Source of the DNA: Microbacteriaceae bacterium
GTDB lineage: Bacteria; Actinomycetota; Actinomycetes; Actinomycetales; Microbacteriaceae
Direction: 5' to 3'
Length of the DNA: 32,320 bases
NCBI GenBank assembly: GCA_035720905.1
Contig: DASTNL010000047.1
Location: 1 to 32,320 of the forward strand
Both the position numbers and the translations under genes were made by a program. Shown one piece after another: positions 1 through 8,521 of the stretch; the first letter of the stretch is position 1; each line of letters opens with the position of its first letter. A model generated the notes under the pieces. It saw nothing but the letters and a program-made list of their open reading frames with translations, did not search any database and was not told the DNA's origin.

Positions 1-37
1 CTGGAGATGAACAATTAGGTATGCCTAAACTAACCGC

Positions 38-979
38 ATGACGACTTCCGTTCCCGGCGAGATCTCCACCGACCGCGTCGCCTCCGCCGCGCCCCGCGCC
101 GTGTCGGCGGGGCTCACCGCGCCGCGGCCCGAGGGCCGCCCCGTGACCGTGGCGGGCGGGGCCGGGGCGGCACCGGCCGCCACGGAGAAGACGCCGCTTC
201 TGGGAGGCGACGTCCCCCTGGCGCGCATGCCCGCGCACTGGATGCTGGGCAGGCTCGGCAAGAAGGTCATGCGGCCGGGCGGCCTGACGCCGTCGCTGCA
301 CATGCTCGGCGCCCTGCAGGTTGGGGAACGCGACGATGTCGTCGACCTGTGGCCGGGGCTCGGCGTCACCACGCAGCGCACCCTCGCGGCCCATCCGCAC
401 TCGTACCTCGCGATCGAGCGGGGCCCGGCGGAGGCAGCCCGCGTGCGTCGCCTCCTCACCCGCGACGAGGAGCAGGTCGTCGTCGGCCCCGTGCACAAGA
501 CGGGCCTTGCCGACGGCGCGGCCAGCGTGCTCTACGGCGAGGCCCTGCTGACCTTGGAACCCGCCAGGCGCAAGACCGCGATCGTCGCCGAAGCCGCGCG
601 CCTCCTGCGGCCGGGCGGCCGGTACGGCATCCACGAGCTGCTGCTCACCCCCGACACGCTGTCAGAGGCTGCCAAAGACGACATCGAGCGCACCTTGACG
701 AAGGTTCTGCGGGTCGGCGCCCGCCCGCTGACGGTCAGCGAATGGCGCCGGCTCGTCGAAGAAGGCGGGTTCGAGGTGCAGACGGAGGAGACCGGCAAGA
801 TGCTCCTTCTCGACATCCCCACCTTCCTTTCCGACGAAGGAGTCTGGGGCTCGACCCTGTTCACCGCGCGCTGCCTCGCGCACCCGTCGGTCATTCCACG
901 CATCACGCAGATGTGGAACGTCTTTCGCCGGTATCGCGACAATCTCGGCGCGATCGTCATGACGGCCCGGCGGGCGTGA
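38..979 (+). CDS. Class I SAM-dependent methyltransferase (type 11-like)
   Basis: Translation has a Rossmann-type methyltransferase core (VVDLWPGLG ... LRPGGRYGIHELLL). The start is uncertain. ATG at 38 lies 7 nt after a TAAACT -10-like hexamer (26-31), so it may be leaderless. An internal Met (MPAHWMLGRLGKK, near 227) would give the more usual ~250 aa length. Confidence 0.65.
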   Translation: MTTSVPGEISTDRVASAAPRAVSAGLTAPRPEGRPVTVAGGAGAAPAATEKTPLLGGDVPLARMPAHWMLGRLGKKVMRPGGLTPSLHMLGALQVGERDDVVDLWPGLGVTTQRTLAAHPHSYLAIERGPAEAARVRRLLTRDEEQVVVGPVHKTGLADGAASVLYGEALLTLEPARRKTAIVAEAARLLRPGGRYGIHELLLTPDTLSEAAKDDIERTLTKVLRVGARPLTVSEWRRLVEEGGFEVQTEETGKMLLLDIPTFLSDEGVWGSTLFTARCLAHPSVIPRITQMWNVFRRYRDNLGAIVMTARRA

Positions 980-1050
980 CCCGGCCGTCATGGTCGGGTT
1001 CTCGCTAAAGTTGAAGGGAACCCGCCGTCTGCGAGGCCTGGGAGGAGAAC

Positions 1051-1482
1051 GTGGTGCCTGACTCGCATGCCCCCGGCAGGGCCCACCGGCACACGGCGCA
1101 GAAGGCTGCGATCCGCGCCGCCTTGGAGCACTCCGATTCGTTCGTCAGCGCGCAAGACCTGCACGCCGCGCTGCGCGACGACGGCGTGACGCTCGGTCTG
1201 GCGACCGTTTATCGCAACCTCAACGAGATGGCCGAGAGCGGCGAGGCCGACGTTCTGCAGGCGGAGCCGAATGTGCAGCTCTATCGTTTCTGCGGCGAGG
1301 AGCACCATCACCACCTTTACTGCGTCTCGTGCGGCCGCACGATCGAGATCGAGGCTCCGATCGAGGAATGGGTCGATGCCGTCACCGCCGAGCACGGCTT
1401 CACGCGCGTGCGGCACGTCGTCGACGTCTTCGGCGTGTGTGCCGACTGCCGCGCCTCCGGTCGTGGTGACGAGGCACACTGA
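1051..1482 (+). CDS. zur: Fur-family zinc uptake regulator (Zur)
   Basis: Has a winged-helix N-terminus and the EEHHHHLYCVSCG ... FGVCADC metal-site motifs. By recollection it is very close to Streptomyces Zur (HHHHLVCRACG ... FGTCADC). It sits next to a metal ABC importer. Confidence 0.8.
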   Translation: MVPDSHAPGRAHRHTAQKAAIRAALEHSDSFVSAQDLHAALRDDGVTLGLATVYRNLNEMAESGEADVLQAEPNVQLYRFCGEEHHHHLYCVSCGRTIEIEAPIEEWVDAVTAEHGFTRVRHVVDVFGVCADCRASGRGDEAH

Positions 1483-1548
1483 CGCTTCCGGTCGGGGTGG
1501 CGAAGCACGCTGACGTCTCCCGTCGTGGTGACGAAGCACACTGACGCT
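1456..1548. repeat. Three tandem copies of a 31-bp unit covering the last 9 codons and stop of zur
   Basis: Copies at 1456-1486, 1487-1517 and 1518-1548: tccggtcgtggtgacgaggcacactgacgct / tccggtcggggtggcgaagcacgctgacgtc / tcccgtcgtggtgacgaagcacactgacgct. Copy 1 vs 3 matches 29/31 and copy 1 vs 2 matches 25/31. Each copy keeps the TGA. Confidence 0.9.
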
Positions 1549-1696
1549 TTCAGGCCGGGAGGGCGGCGGCCGTGTGCCGTGTGTGCCGGGCCGCCTGCGT
1601 CGAGGGGCCCCGCCGTCCGGCGCCCGGTCTGACGCGCACGGGGTTCCGCGAGGCGGGCCGTGCATGCCGGCACCGGCGGCCTGTCACAATGCTTAG

Positions 1697-1711
1697 TTGT
1701 AATCATTACGA
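1697..1711. promoter_or_regulatory. Candidate Fur/Zur-type box in an AT-rich patch
   Basis: Sequence is ttGTAATCATTACga, with an inverted repeat GTAAT-C-ATTAC at 1699-1709. Its AATCATT core matches the centre of actinobacterial Zur boxes (TGAAAATCATTTTCA type as I recall it). The outer positions match poorly (about 9/15), and it lies ~270 nt upstream of the binding-protein start. Confidence 0.35.
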
Positions 1712-1977
1712 TTAGCGTTATCGCCGGTAGCGGCGTAGTCTCTGTCTGTATTGAGAAAGGTTCTCGACAGCAGGATTCCGACGCGCATGTCTGACGCGAG
1801 GGGTTCCGGTGCCCGTGGGTACCCGGCAGGCCCCTCTTGCGGCAGGCCCGATATGGCGCCGAGGTACGGGGCCCGAAACAGGGTGCCGGCAGCACGGCGT
1901 GGTGGCGGCACCGGGGAGTTGTGTAACGGTGACGGCGTCGTGGTGATGGCGCGTGGTCATAGAAAAAGGGGGCGGCA

Positions 1978-2925
1978 GTGCGTATCGGGAAGATGATGGC
2001 CGCCGGCCTAGCGGCGATCGCCGTCGTGGCGGGCCTCGCCGGCTGTGCTCCGGCCGAAGGGCTCGTCGGTCGAATGGGAGCCGGCGCCGGGGGCGGGGCA
2101 GACAGGATCCTCGTCGTCGGGGCAGAGAACCAGTACTCCGATGTGGCCGCGCAGATCGGCGGTAAGTACGTGACCGCGACGGCGATCATCCAGAACCCGA
2201 ACACCGACCCCCACACGTTCGAGGCGAGCGTGAGCGTGGCGAAGGACCTCAGCGCCGCCCGGATCGTCGTGCAGAACGGGCTCGGCTACGACGACTTCAT
2301 GACCAAGCTGGAGAGCGCCTCGCCCAGCAAGGATCGCATCGTCATCACCGCCCAAGACGTGCTCGGACTGCCGAACGACACGGCGAATCCGCACCTGTGG
2401 TACGACCCGAAGACGATGCCGGCGGTGGCGAAGCGCATCGCCGCGAGCCTCGGCCGCATCGACCCCTCGCACAAGGCCTACTTCGCGAAGAACCTGGCGA
2501 CGTTCGACGCCTCGATGAAGACGTGGGGGGACCAGCTGGCCGCCTTTCGCAGCACCCACGCGGGCACGCCCGTCGCCGTCACCGAGCCGGTGGCCGACGA
2601 CCTGCTGAAGGCGGCGGGGGTAGACGTCGAGACGCCGTGGTCGCTGCAGGCCGCCATCATGAACGACACCGACCCCTCGCCGCAGGACTCCGCCCTGCAG
2701 AACGCCCTGCTCACCGGCAAGAAGGTCAAGGCGCTCCTCTACAACAGGCAGGTGACCGACCAGGTCACCGAGCGGTTCCTGCGGGTCGCGCGCGCGAACG
2801 GTATCCCCGTGGTGGGCGTCTCCGAGACGATGCCCGCCGGCTACCACTACCAGGGGTGGATGGAGGCGACGCTGAAGGCGCTTCGCGTCGCGATCGAGAC
2901 CGGTGCCTCCACGGACAAGCGGTGA
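1978..2925 (+). CDS. Metal ABC transporter substrate-binding lipoprotein (TroA/ZnuA cluster 9 family)
   Basis: GTG start follows AAGGGGG. Signal peptide has the lipobox LAGC. Family motifs present: [12 protein letters not shown] and ANPHLWYDP. No His-rich loop is visible. Confidence 0.85.
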   Translation: MRIGKMMAAGLAAIAVVAGLAGCAPAEGLVGRMGAGAGGGADRILVVGAENQYSDVAAQIGGKYVTATAIIQNPNTDPHTFEASVSVAKDLSAARIVVQNGLGYDDFMTKLESASPSKDRIVITAQDVLGLPNDTANPHLWYDPKTMPAVAKRIAASLGRIDPSHKAYFAKNLATFDASMKTWGDQLAAFRSTHAGTPVAVTEPVADDLLKAAGVDVETPWSLQAAIMNDTDPSPQDSALQNALLTGKKVKALLYNRQVTDQVTERFLRVARANGIPVVGVSETMPAGYHYQGWMEATLKALRVAIETGASTDKR

Positions 2926-2974
2926 AGACGACGGGCCGCGCGCGGGGCGTCTCGTGCAGAGGAGCGGGGGATCG

Positions 2975-3886
2975 GTGAAGGCACGAAGAGCCATGGTCAT
3001 GCCCGGCGGGGCGGGCACAGCCGAGGCACGGGAGCCGGCGGCGGGCGCCGTGCTCGTGGCCCGAGACATCCATGTCGCCCTCGCCGGCAGGAGCATTCTC
3101 GACGGTGTCGACCTGACGGTCGGCGCGGGGGAGTTCGTCGGGCTGATCGGCGCGAACGGCGCCGGCAAGACGACGCTCTTGCGGGTTTTGCTCGGCGTCT
3201 TGTCGCCGGGTTCCGGGGAGGTCATGCGGCCGGATGGCGCCGGCCTCCTGACAGATGCCCGGCACGGCCGTGGCGTGGGGTATCTGCCGCAGAAGGTGGC
3301 TCTCGACCCGGAGGCGCCCCTGCGCGCCCGCGATGTCGTCGCCCTCGGGCTCGACGGCGGCCGACCGGGGCTCCGGCTGCGCGGCCGCGCCGCCATGCGG
3401 GAACGCGTCGACGAGACCCTTCGCGCCGTGGGCGCGGCCGAGTTCGGCGACCGGCGCGTCGGCGAGCTCTCCGGCGGGCAGCAGCAGCGGGTGCTTCTCG
3501 CGCACGCTCTTATCAGTGACCCCGCGCTGCTCCTGCTCGACGAGCCGCTCGCCAACCTCGACCCGGCGAGTGCGCACGACATCGTCGCTCTTCTCGACCG
3601 CCTGCGCCACACCCGCCCGGTCGCGATCGTCATGACCGCGCACGACATGAACCTTCTTCTGCCGGTCATGGATCGCGTCGTCTACCTGGCCGGCGGCCGT
3701 GCCGCCACCGGGGCGCCGGCCGAGGTGGTGCGCGGCGACGTGCTCACCCGCCTCTACGGGCGACCCATCAGCGTCATCCACGCTAAGGGCCGGGTACTGG
3801 TCATCGCCGGCGACGACGCCGCGCCGGCCGACGAGGTGCACCACGACACGGCCTTCGGTTCCACGGGTGGGCAGGGCCGCCCGTGA
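2975..3886 (+). CDS. Metal ABC transporter ATP-binding protein
   Basis: Walker [10 protein letters not shown], signature LSGGQQQR, Walker B LLLLDEP. The ORF opens at 2903, overlapping the upstream gene. GTG 2975 (after GGAGCGGGGGA) or ATG 2993 are more plausible starts. Confidence 0.85.
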   Translation: MKARRAMVMPGGAGTAEAREPAAGAVLVARDIHVALAGRSILDGVDLTVGAGEFVGLIGANGAGKTTLLRVLLGVLSPGSGEVMRPDGAGLLTDARHGRGVGYLPQKVALDPEAPLRARDVVALGLDGGRPGLRLRGRAAMRERVDETLRAVGAAEFGDRRVGELSGGQQQRVLLAHALISDPALLLLDEPLANLDPASAHDIVALLDRLRHTRPVAIVMTAHDMNLLLPVMDRVVYLAGGRAATGAPAEVVRGDVLTRLYGRPISVIHAKGRVLVIAGDDAAPADEVHHDTAFGSTGGQGRP

Positions 3887-4800
3887 TGGCGCCGGCCGCC
3901 GTGACGGGTTTTCTCGCCAGCCCGACCGTGCACACGGCGCTCATCGTCGGCGGGTTCGTGGCCGTCATAACCGGCATCGTCGGTGTCTTCACCGTCGTGC
4001 GGGGGCAATCGTTCGCCGGGCACGCCCTCGCCGACCTCGGTGCGGTCGGCGGCTCCGGCGCGTTCCTCATCGGCCTCAGCCAAGTCTGGGGGTTCGTCGG
4101 CGCGGGCATCATTGCCGCCCTTCTCATGGAGTCGATCGGCGTGCGCCGCCTGCAGGGGCGCGACGTCGCGACAGGTGTCGTCTTCGCGTTCGGCATGGGG
4201 GTGACCGCGCTTTTCCTGTATTGGGGCACGACGGTGGGCGGCTCCAGCAATGCCGCCGTGTCGGTGCTTTTCGGCTCGCTCTTCGTCATTGATCCGGCGG
4301 TCATCCCCGTGGTCGTCGGCTTGAGCGTGCTCGCCCTCGTCGTCGTCGTCGTGTGCTACCGGTGGCTGCTCGTCGAATCCGTCGACCGCGACCTCGCGGC
4401 GGCCCGCGGCGTGCCCGTGCGCCTCACCGGAGTCTTGTTCCTCGTAGCGCTCGCCCTCGCGGTCGAGCTGTCGTCGCTGACGATCGGGGCGATCCTCTCC
4501 ACCGGCCTCCTCATCGGGCCGGCGGCGACGGCGCTCCTCGTCACCCGGCGCTTCGGCCGCGCGGTGCTGCTCTCCGCCGGCCTCGCCCTGGCGATCACCT
4601 GGGCGGGCTGCCTCGTCTCGTACGAGAGCTACTACTGGACGGGCCGGCAGGGCAACTGGCCGGTCAGCTTCTGCATCGTCGCCCTCATCTTTCTCGTCTA
4701 CCTCGGGGTGCGATTAGGCGCGGCGCTGGGGCGCCGGCACGCAGCCGCGCACGCCGGCGCTCGCCCGGCCGCGCCTCGGCCCCTCAAGGCGGGAGTCTGA
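3883..4800 (+). CDS. Metal ABC transporter permease (ABC-3 family), first of two
   Basis: Polytopic hydrophobic protein typical of ZnuB/TroC/MntC permeases. The start (GTG 3883 or ATG 3886) overlaps the ATPase stop. Confidence 0.85.
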   Translation: MMAPAAVTGFLASPTVHTALIVGGFVAVITGIVGVFTVVRGQSFAGHALADLGAVGGSGAFLIGLSQVWGFVGAGIIAALLMESIGVRRLQGRDVATGVVFAFGMGVTALFLYWGTTVGGSSNAAVSVLFGSLFVIDPAVIPVVVGLSVLALVVVVVCYRWLLVESVDRDLAAARGVPVRLTGVLFLVALALAVELSSLTIGAILSTGLLIGPAATALLVTRRFGRAVLLSAGLALAITWAGCLVSYESYYWTGRQGNWPVSFCIVALIFLVYLGVRLGAALGRRHAAAHAGARPAAPRPLKAGV

Positions 4801-5618
4801 TGTTTGCGCCGTTCATGACGAACGCCTGGGTGGCAGGCACGATCATCGCCGTCGTGGCGGGTGTCGTCGGCTTCTTCGTCGTCGCGCGCGGCAACTCTTT
4901 TCTGGCGCACGCCATTCCTCACGGGGCGTTCGCGGGCGCGGCCGGCGCCGTGCTCGTCGGCATTGACCCTCTCCTCGGCCTGGGGCTGTTCGCCGCCGGC
5001 GGCGCGCTCACCATCTCGTTCCTCGGCCGCCGCGCGCGCAGCGACGTCGTCACCGCGTTGCCGCTCGTCATGATGCTCGGGCTCGGCGTTTTCTTTCTCA
5101 GCCGGTCGAACCAGTATTCCGCCGAGGTGTTCGCGCTGCTGTTCGGGCAGGTGCTGGGCGTCTCCGGCGCCGAGATCGTGCCGATCCTCCTGCTCGGCCT
5201 CGTGTGCCTCGCCACTGTCGCGCTGCTGTACCGGCCGCTGCTCTTGGCCTCTGTGCTACCCGACATGGCGGCCCCGCGCGGCGTCAGCACGCAGGCCGTC
5301 TCTGTGATGTTCGGGCTGATCCTCGCCTGCGCGACGACGATGAGCGTGCCGGTCGTCGGGGCACTCTTGATGTTCGCGCTCTTGGTCGGCCCGCCGGCCG
5401 CGGCAGGATTCTTCGTGTCTCGCCCGGGCCGCGCGATCGCGCTCGCGGTGGCGTTCGCGCTCGTCACGGTGTGGGTCTCCGTCGCGTTGGCCTACGCCAC
5501 CGACTGGCCGGTCGGCTTCTTCGTCACGGCGGTGAGCGCGCTGCTCTACTTTGTCGGCAGGCTTTTCGCCGTGCTGCGAGGTCGTCGCTCCTTTGCCATG
5601 CGCGACGCGCTCCCGTAG
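4800..5618 (+). CDS. Metal ABC transporter permease (ABC-3 family), second of two
   Basis: Begins [42 protein letters not shown] and is a paralog of the previous permease. ATG 4800 overlaps the upstream TGA by 1 nt. The ORF-track extension back to 4353 is out of frame with the real upstream gene and is Arg/Pro-rich. Confidence 0.85.
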   Translation: MFAPFMTNAWVAGTIIAVVAGVVGFFVVARGNSFLAHAIPHGAFAGAAGAVLVGIDPLLGLGLFAAGGALTISFLGRRARSDVVTALPLVMMLGLGVFFLSRSNQYSAEVFALLFGQVLGVSGAEIVPILLLGLVCLATVALLYRPLLLASVLPDMAAPRGVSTQAVSVMFGLILACATTMSVPVVGALLMFALLVGPPAAAGFFVSRPGRAIALAVAFALVTVWVSVALAYATDWPVGFFVTAVSALLYFVGRLFAVLRGRRSFAMRDALP

Positions 5619-5780
5619 ACTAGGCAGGCCGGTTGACTGTTCGATACTTGTTCGCGCCCATTTTTCGGCTGGGAGATGCCGACTGAGAAGGGGAGCGAAC
5701 AAGCAGCGGCGGTCGGCCGGAATGACGCGGCCTGGGTCGCTGTGACGTGTGTGAGCATGCCACAGGGCGGGTAGCGGCAT

Positions 5781-5853
5781 AGGGCGGTGGCTCAATTGGT
5801 AGAGCAGCGGTCTCCAAAACCGCAGGTTGCAGGTTCGAGTCCTGCCCGCCCTG
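5781..5853 (+). tRNA. tRNA-Trp: tRNA-Trp (anticodon CCA)
   Basis: Cloverleaf read by hand. Acceptor AGGGCGG/CCGCCCT; anticodon stem GCGGT/ACCGC with loop CTCCAAA; T arm GCAGG-TTCGAGT-CCTGC. 3' CCA is not encoded. It occupies the classical position upstream of secE-nusG. Confidence 0.93.
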
Positions 5854-5896
5854 CACGTCGGCACGAGCGGTGCCGAACCACGAAAGGTGTGACCAG

Positions 5897-6169
5897 GTGG
5901 CCCGGAGAGCAGTCGATGAACCCGGCGAAGACGTCGTCGCACGGCGCACGCGCGGCGATGCGGCGGCGTCGCAGGGGTTCTTCGCCCGCATCATCCGGTT
6001 CTTCCACGAGGTGATGGCCGAGCTGCGCAAGGTTACGACCCCGACGCGTAGCGAACTCGTCAACTTCACCATCGTCGTGCTGGCGTTCGTCATCGTGATG
6101 GTCGGCATCGTGGCGCTTTTCGACTGGATCTTCGGCATGGTCGTGGTGTGGGCGTTCGGCGGATCGTGA
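5897..6169 (+). CDS. secE: Preprotein translocase subunit SecE
   Basis: C-terminal FFHEVMAELRKVTTPTRSELVNFTIVVLAFVIVMVGIVALFDW is the SecE signature helix. Synteny with tRNA-Trp and nusG supports the call. The start is uncertain: GTG 5897 follows GAAAGG, while the ORF opens at GTG 5870. Confidence 0.85.
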   Translation: MARRAVDEPGEDVVARRTRGDAAASQGFFARIIRFFHEVMAELRKVTTPTRSELVNFTIVVLAFVIVMVGIVALFDWIFGMVVVWAFGGS

Positions 6170-6230
6170 TCGGGCCGGGCGCGTGGCGTGAACACATGAG
6201 CATGAGAGTGAATGGGTAGGTAGAAGATCA

Positions 6231-7016
6231 GTGTCTGAGACAGAGCAGGACGGTGCTGAGGCTACGGCGACCGCGCCGGTCACGACCTCCCGAGAGGCGC
6301 CGGCCGGCGCCGACCCGGTGGAGCGGGGCCTCGACGCGGCACTCGACGCGGTCGCACAGGCACAGGGCTCCGAGCCGGATGCTGACGCGGCAGACGATGA
6401 GGCCGACCCCTACGAGGAGTTCCGCACCGAGCTGCGCATGAAGCCGGGCAAGTGGTACGTCATTCACTCGTATGCCGGTTTCGAGCGCCGGGTGAAGTCG
6501 AACATCGAAGGCCGCATGGTCTCGATGGAGATGGAGGACTACGTCTACCAGGTCGAGGTGCCGATGGAAGACGTCGTCGAGATCAAGAACGGCCAACGCA
6601 AGATGGTCACCCGTGTGCGGGTGCCCGGCTACGTTCTCGTGCGCATGGAACTGAACGAGGACAGCTGGTCGATGGTGCGACACACGCCCGGCGTGACGGG
6701 CTTCGTCGGCAACGCCCATAACCCGACGCCGCTGCGCTTCAACGAGGCGTTCGAGATGCTGAAGTCCCTCGTGCAGGTGCAGCCGACCGCGAAGGCGGGG
6801 GCCGTGGGAGGCCGCGGGGGCGCGGCGCGCACCCTCGCCGCGGAGGTCGACTTCGAGATCGGGGAGACCATCACCATCAAGGACGGGTCGTTCGCCGGGC
6901 TGCCCGGCACGATCAGCGAGATCAAACCCGAGAGTGGCAAGCTCACCGTGCTCGTCTCGCTGTTCGAACGCGAGACCCCGGTCGAATTGAGCTTCGACCA
7001 GGTCACCAAGCTGTAA
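6231..7016 (+). CDS. nusG: Transcription termination/antitermination factor NusG with acidic N-terminal extension
   Basis: NGN domain ([20 protein letters not shown]) and KOW domain ([21 protein letters not shown]). The ~65 aa Asp/Glu/Ala-rich N-terminal extension is common in actinobacteria. Confidence 0.92.
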   Translation: MSETEQDGAEATATAPVTTSREAPAGADPVERGLDAALDAVAQAQGSEPDADAADDEADPYEEFRTELRMKPGKWYVIHSYAGFERRVKSNIEGRMVSMEMEDYVYQVEVPMEDVVEIKNGQRKMVTRVRVPGYVLVRMELNEDSWSMVRHTPGVTGFVGNAHNPTPLRFNEAFEMLKSLVQVQPTAKAGAVGGRGGAARTLAAEVDFEIGETITIKDGSFAGLPGTISEIKPESGKLTVLVSLFERETPVELSFDQVTKL

Positions 7017-7118
7017 CACCCCGGGCGGGGGCCACGATGCTCCCCGCCTGCACCGCCGCCCGGAGATCCCGGGCCGCGGGAGAGCATCTGCGGATGTTCG
7101 ATCGAGAAAGAGAGAGAA

Positions 7119-7547
7119 ATGGCACCGAAGAAGAAGGTCTCGGGTCTGATCAAGCTTCAGATCCAGGCCGGCGCCGCCAACCCCGCCCCGCCGATCGGCC
7201 CGGCGCTCGGCCAGCACGGCGTGAACATCATGGAGTTCTGCAAGGCCTACAACGCGGCCACCGAGTCGCAGCGCGGCAACGTCATACCGGTGGAGATCAC
7301 CGTCTACGAAGACCGCTCCTTCACGTTCGTCTTGAAGACCCCGCCCGCCGCCGAGCTGATCAAGAAGGCCGCCGGCGTGCCGAAGGGCTCCGGAACTCCG
7401 CACTCCAGCAAGGTCGGCAAGATCACGCTCGACCAGGTGCGCAGCATCGCGGAGCAGAAGATGTCTGACCTGAACGCCAACGACATCGACGCGGCGTCGA
7501 AGATCATCGCGGGCACCGCCCGCTCCATGGGCATCACGGTCGAGTAG
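7119..7547 (+). CDS. rplK: 50S ribosomal protein L11
   Basis: Unambiguous L11 sequence ([34 protein letters not shown]). A purine-rich RBS precedes the ATG. Confidence 0.97.
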   Translation: MAPKKKVSGLIKLQIQAGAANPAPPIGPALGQHGVNIMEFCKAYNAATESQRGNVIPVEITVYEDRSFTFVLKTPPAAELIKKAAGVPKGSGTPHSSKVGKITLDQVRSIAEQKMSDLNANDIDAASKIIAGTARSMGITVE

Positions 7548-7564
7548 GCGGAGGCAGGCACATC

Positions 7565-8254
7565 ATGGCAAAGAAGTCCAAGGCCTACCGGGCCGCAGCG
7601 TCGAAGATCGCCGCCGACACCTACTATGCCCCGGGCGACGCAGTCGCCCTGGCACGCGAGACCGGCTCGGCCCGCTTCAACTCCACCGTTGAAGTGGCGT
7701 TGAAGCTGGGCGTCGACCCGCGCAAGGCAGACCAGATGGTGCGCGGCACCGTCATCTTGCCGCACGGCACGGGCAAGACCGCCCGCGTCATCGTCTTCGC
7801 GACGGGCGCGGCTGCCGAGGCCGCGATCGCTGCCGGAGCCGACGAGGTGGGCGACGACGATCTGATCGCCAAGGTGCAGGGCGGCTGGACCGATTTCGAC
7901 TCCGCTGTCGCCGTGCCGGCCCTCATGGGCAAGGTCGGCCGGCTGGGCAAGATCCTCGGCCCGCGCGGCCTCATGCCGAACCCCAAGACCGGCACGGTCA
8001 CCCCCGACCCGGCGAAGGCGGTCACCGAGATCAAGGGCGGCAAGATCGAGTTCCGAGTCGACAAGCACGCGAACGTCCACTTCATCGTGGGCAAGGCGAG
8101 CTTCAGCAGCGACCAGCTCTCGGAGAACATCACGGCGGCCCTCGACGAGATCGTGCGGCTGCGCCCCTCCACCACGAAGGGCCGATACATCCAGAAGGGC
8201 ACCGTCTCGACGACGTTCGGGCCGGGCATCCCGCTGGACGTGAACGCGATCTGA
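7565..8254 (+). CDS. rplA: 50S ribosomal protein L1
   Basis: Unambiguous L1 sequence ([35 protein letters not shown]). Confidence 0.97.
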   Translation: MAKKSKAYRAAASKIAADTYYAPGDAVALARETGSARFNSTVEVALKLGVDPRKADQMVRGTVILPHGTGKTARVIVFATGAAAEAAIAAGADEVGDDDLIAKVQGGWTDFDSAVAVPALMGKVGRLGKILGPRGLMPNPKTGTVTPDPAKAVTEIKGGKIEFRVDKHANVHFIVGKASFSSDQLSENITAALDEIVRLRPSTTKGRYIQKGTVSTTFGPGIPLDVNAI

Positions 8255-8275
8255 CGCCCACTCCGACGCGGCGTG

Positions 8276-8310
8276 ACGGCGGGGCCCCTGAGGGCCCCGC
8301 CGTTCTTTCG
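8276..8310 (+). terminator. Intrinsic terminator after rplA
   Basis: A 12-bp stem ACGGCGGGGCCC / GGGCCCCGCCGT with loop CTGA, followed by TCTTTCG. Confidence 0.8.
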
Positions 8311-8434
8311 TCTCCGCCGCGCGTCGCGCCCCTCCAGGCGACGTGGGTGCCCGATGCTGCCGGCCCGGTCGCACCTGTCGGCCACGTCGGCCTGCTCGAC
8401 GCCCCCCTCGTCATCCTTCCCAGATTCTCAGTCT

Positions 8435-8451
8435 TGCCATGGGGATGCCAT
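8435..8451 (+). promoter_or_regulatory. Direct repeat TGCCAT-N5-TGCCAT (11-bp period), a candidate OmpR/PhoB-type response-regulator box
   Basis: Exact hexamer repeat at 8435-8440 and 8446-8451, ~70 nt upstream of the adaptor start. A TANNNT hexamer (TACGGT, 8476-8481) lies downstream. Confidence 0.3.
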
Positions 8452-8521
8452 AGACGGCGCTGTGTCGGGTGCTTGTACGGTAAGGCCGTTCACCGACGAG
8501 GGGAAGGTTACGGGCACACCT

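Noticed and set aside
1456-1548. CRISPR-like array
   Set aside because: The three 31-bp copies are directly contiguous with no spacers, they overlap a gene end, and no cas genes are present. This is a tandem repeat, not a CRISPR array.
1760-1977. Possible cobalamin or other riboswitch in the long GC-rich leader before the metal-binding lipoprotein gene
   Set aside because: I could find no B12-box-like element and no GGGAA-CCGGTG-type core. The resemblance is limited to generic GC-rich helices.
2008-3669. 553-aa ORF on the minus strand spanning the binding-protein and ATPase genes
   Set aside because: It is antisense to two genes with unmistakable ABC-importer motifs. Its translation is Arg/Pro/Ser/Ala-rich with no recognisable domain. 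This is the usual long shadow ORF of GC-rich DNA.
5677-5775. 32-codon ORF (MPTEKGSEQAAAVGRNDAAWVAVTCVSMPQGG) between the permease gene and tRNA-Trp
   Set aside because: The only purine-rich stretch (GGGAG) abuts the ATG with no spacing. Third-position GC is only moderate. The ORF lies inside a hairpin element. The evidence is insufficient to call a gene.
8273-8521. N-terminal 83-aa extension of the adaptor-1 ORF
   Set aside because: The extension runs straight through the rplA intrinsic terminator and the putative promoter region. The Met at 8522 immediately precedes the Arg-rich/TM anchor typical of adaptor N-termini.
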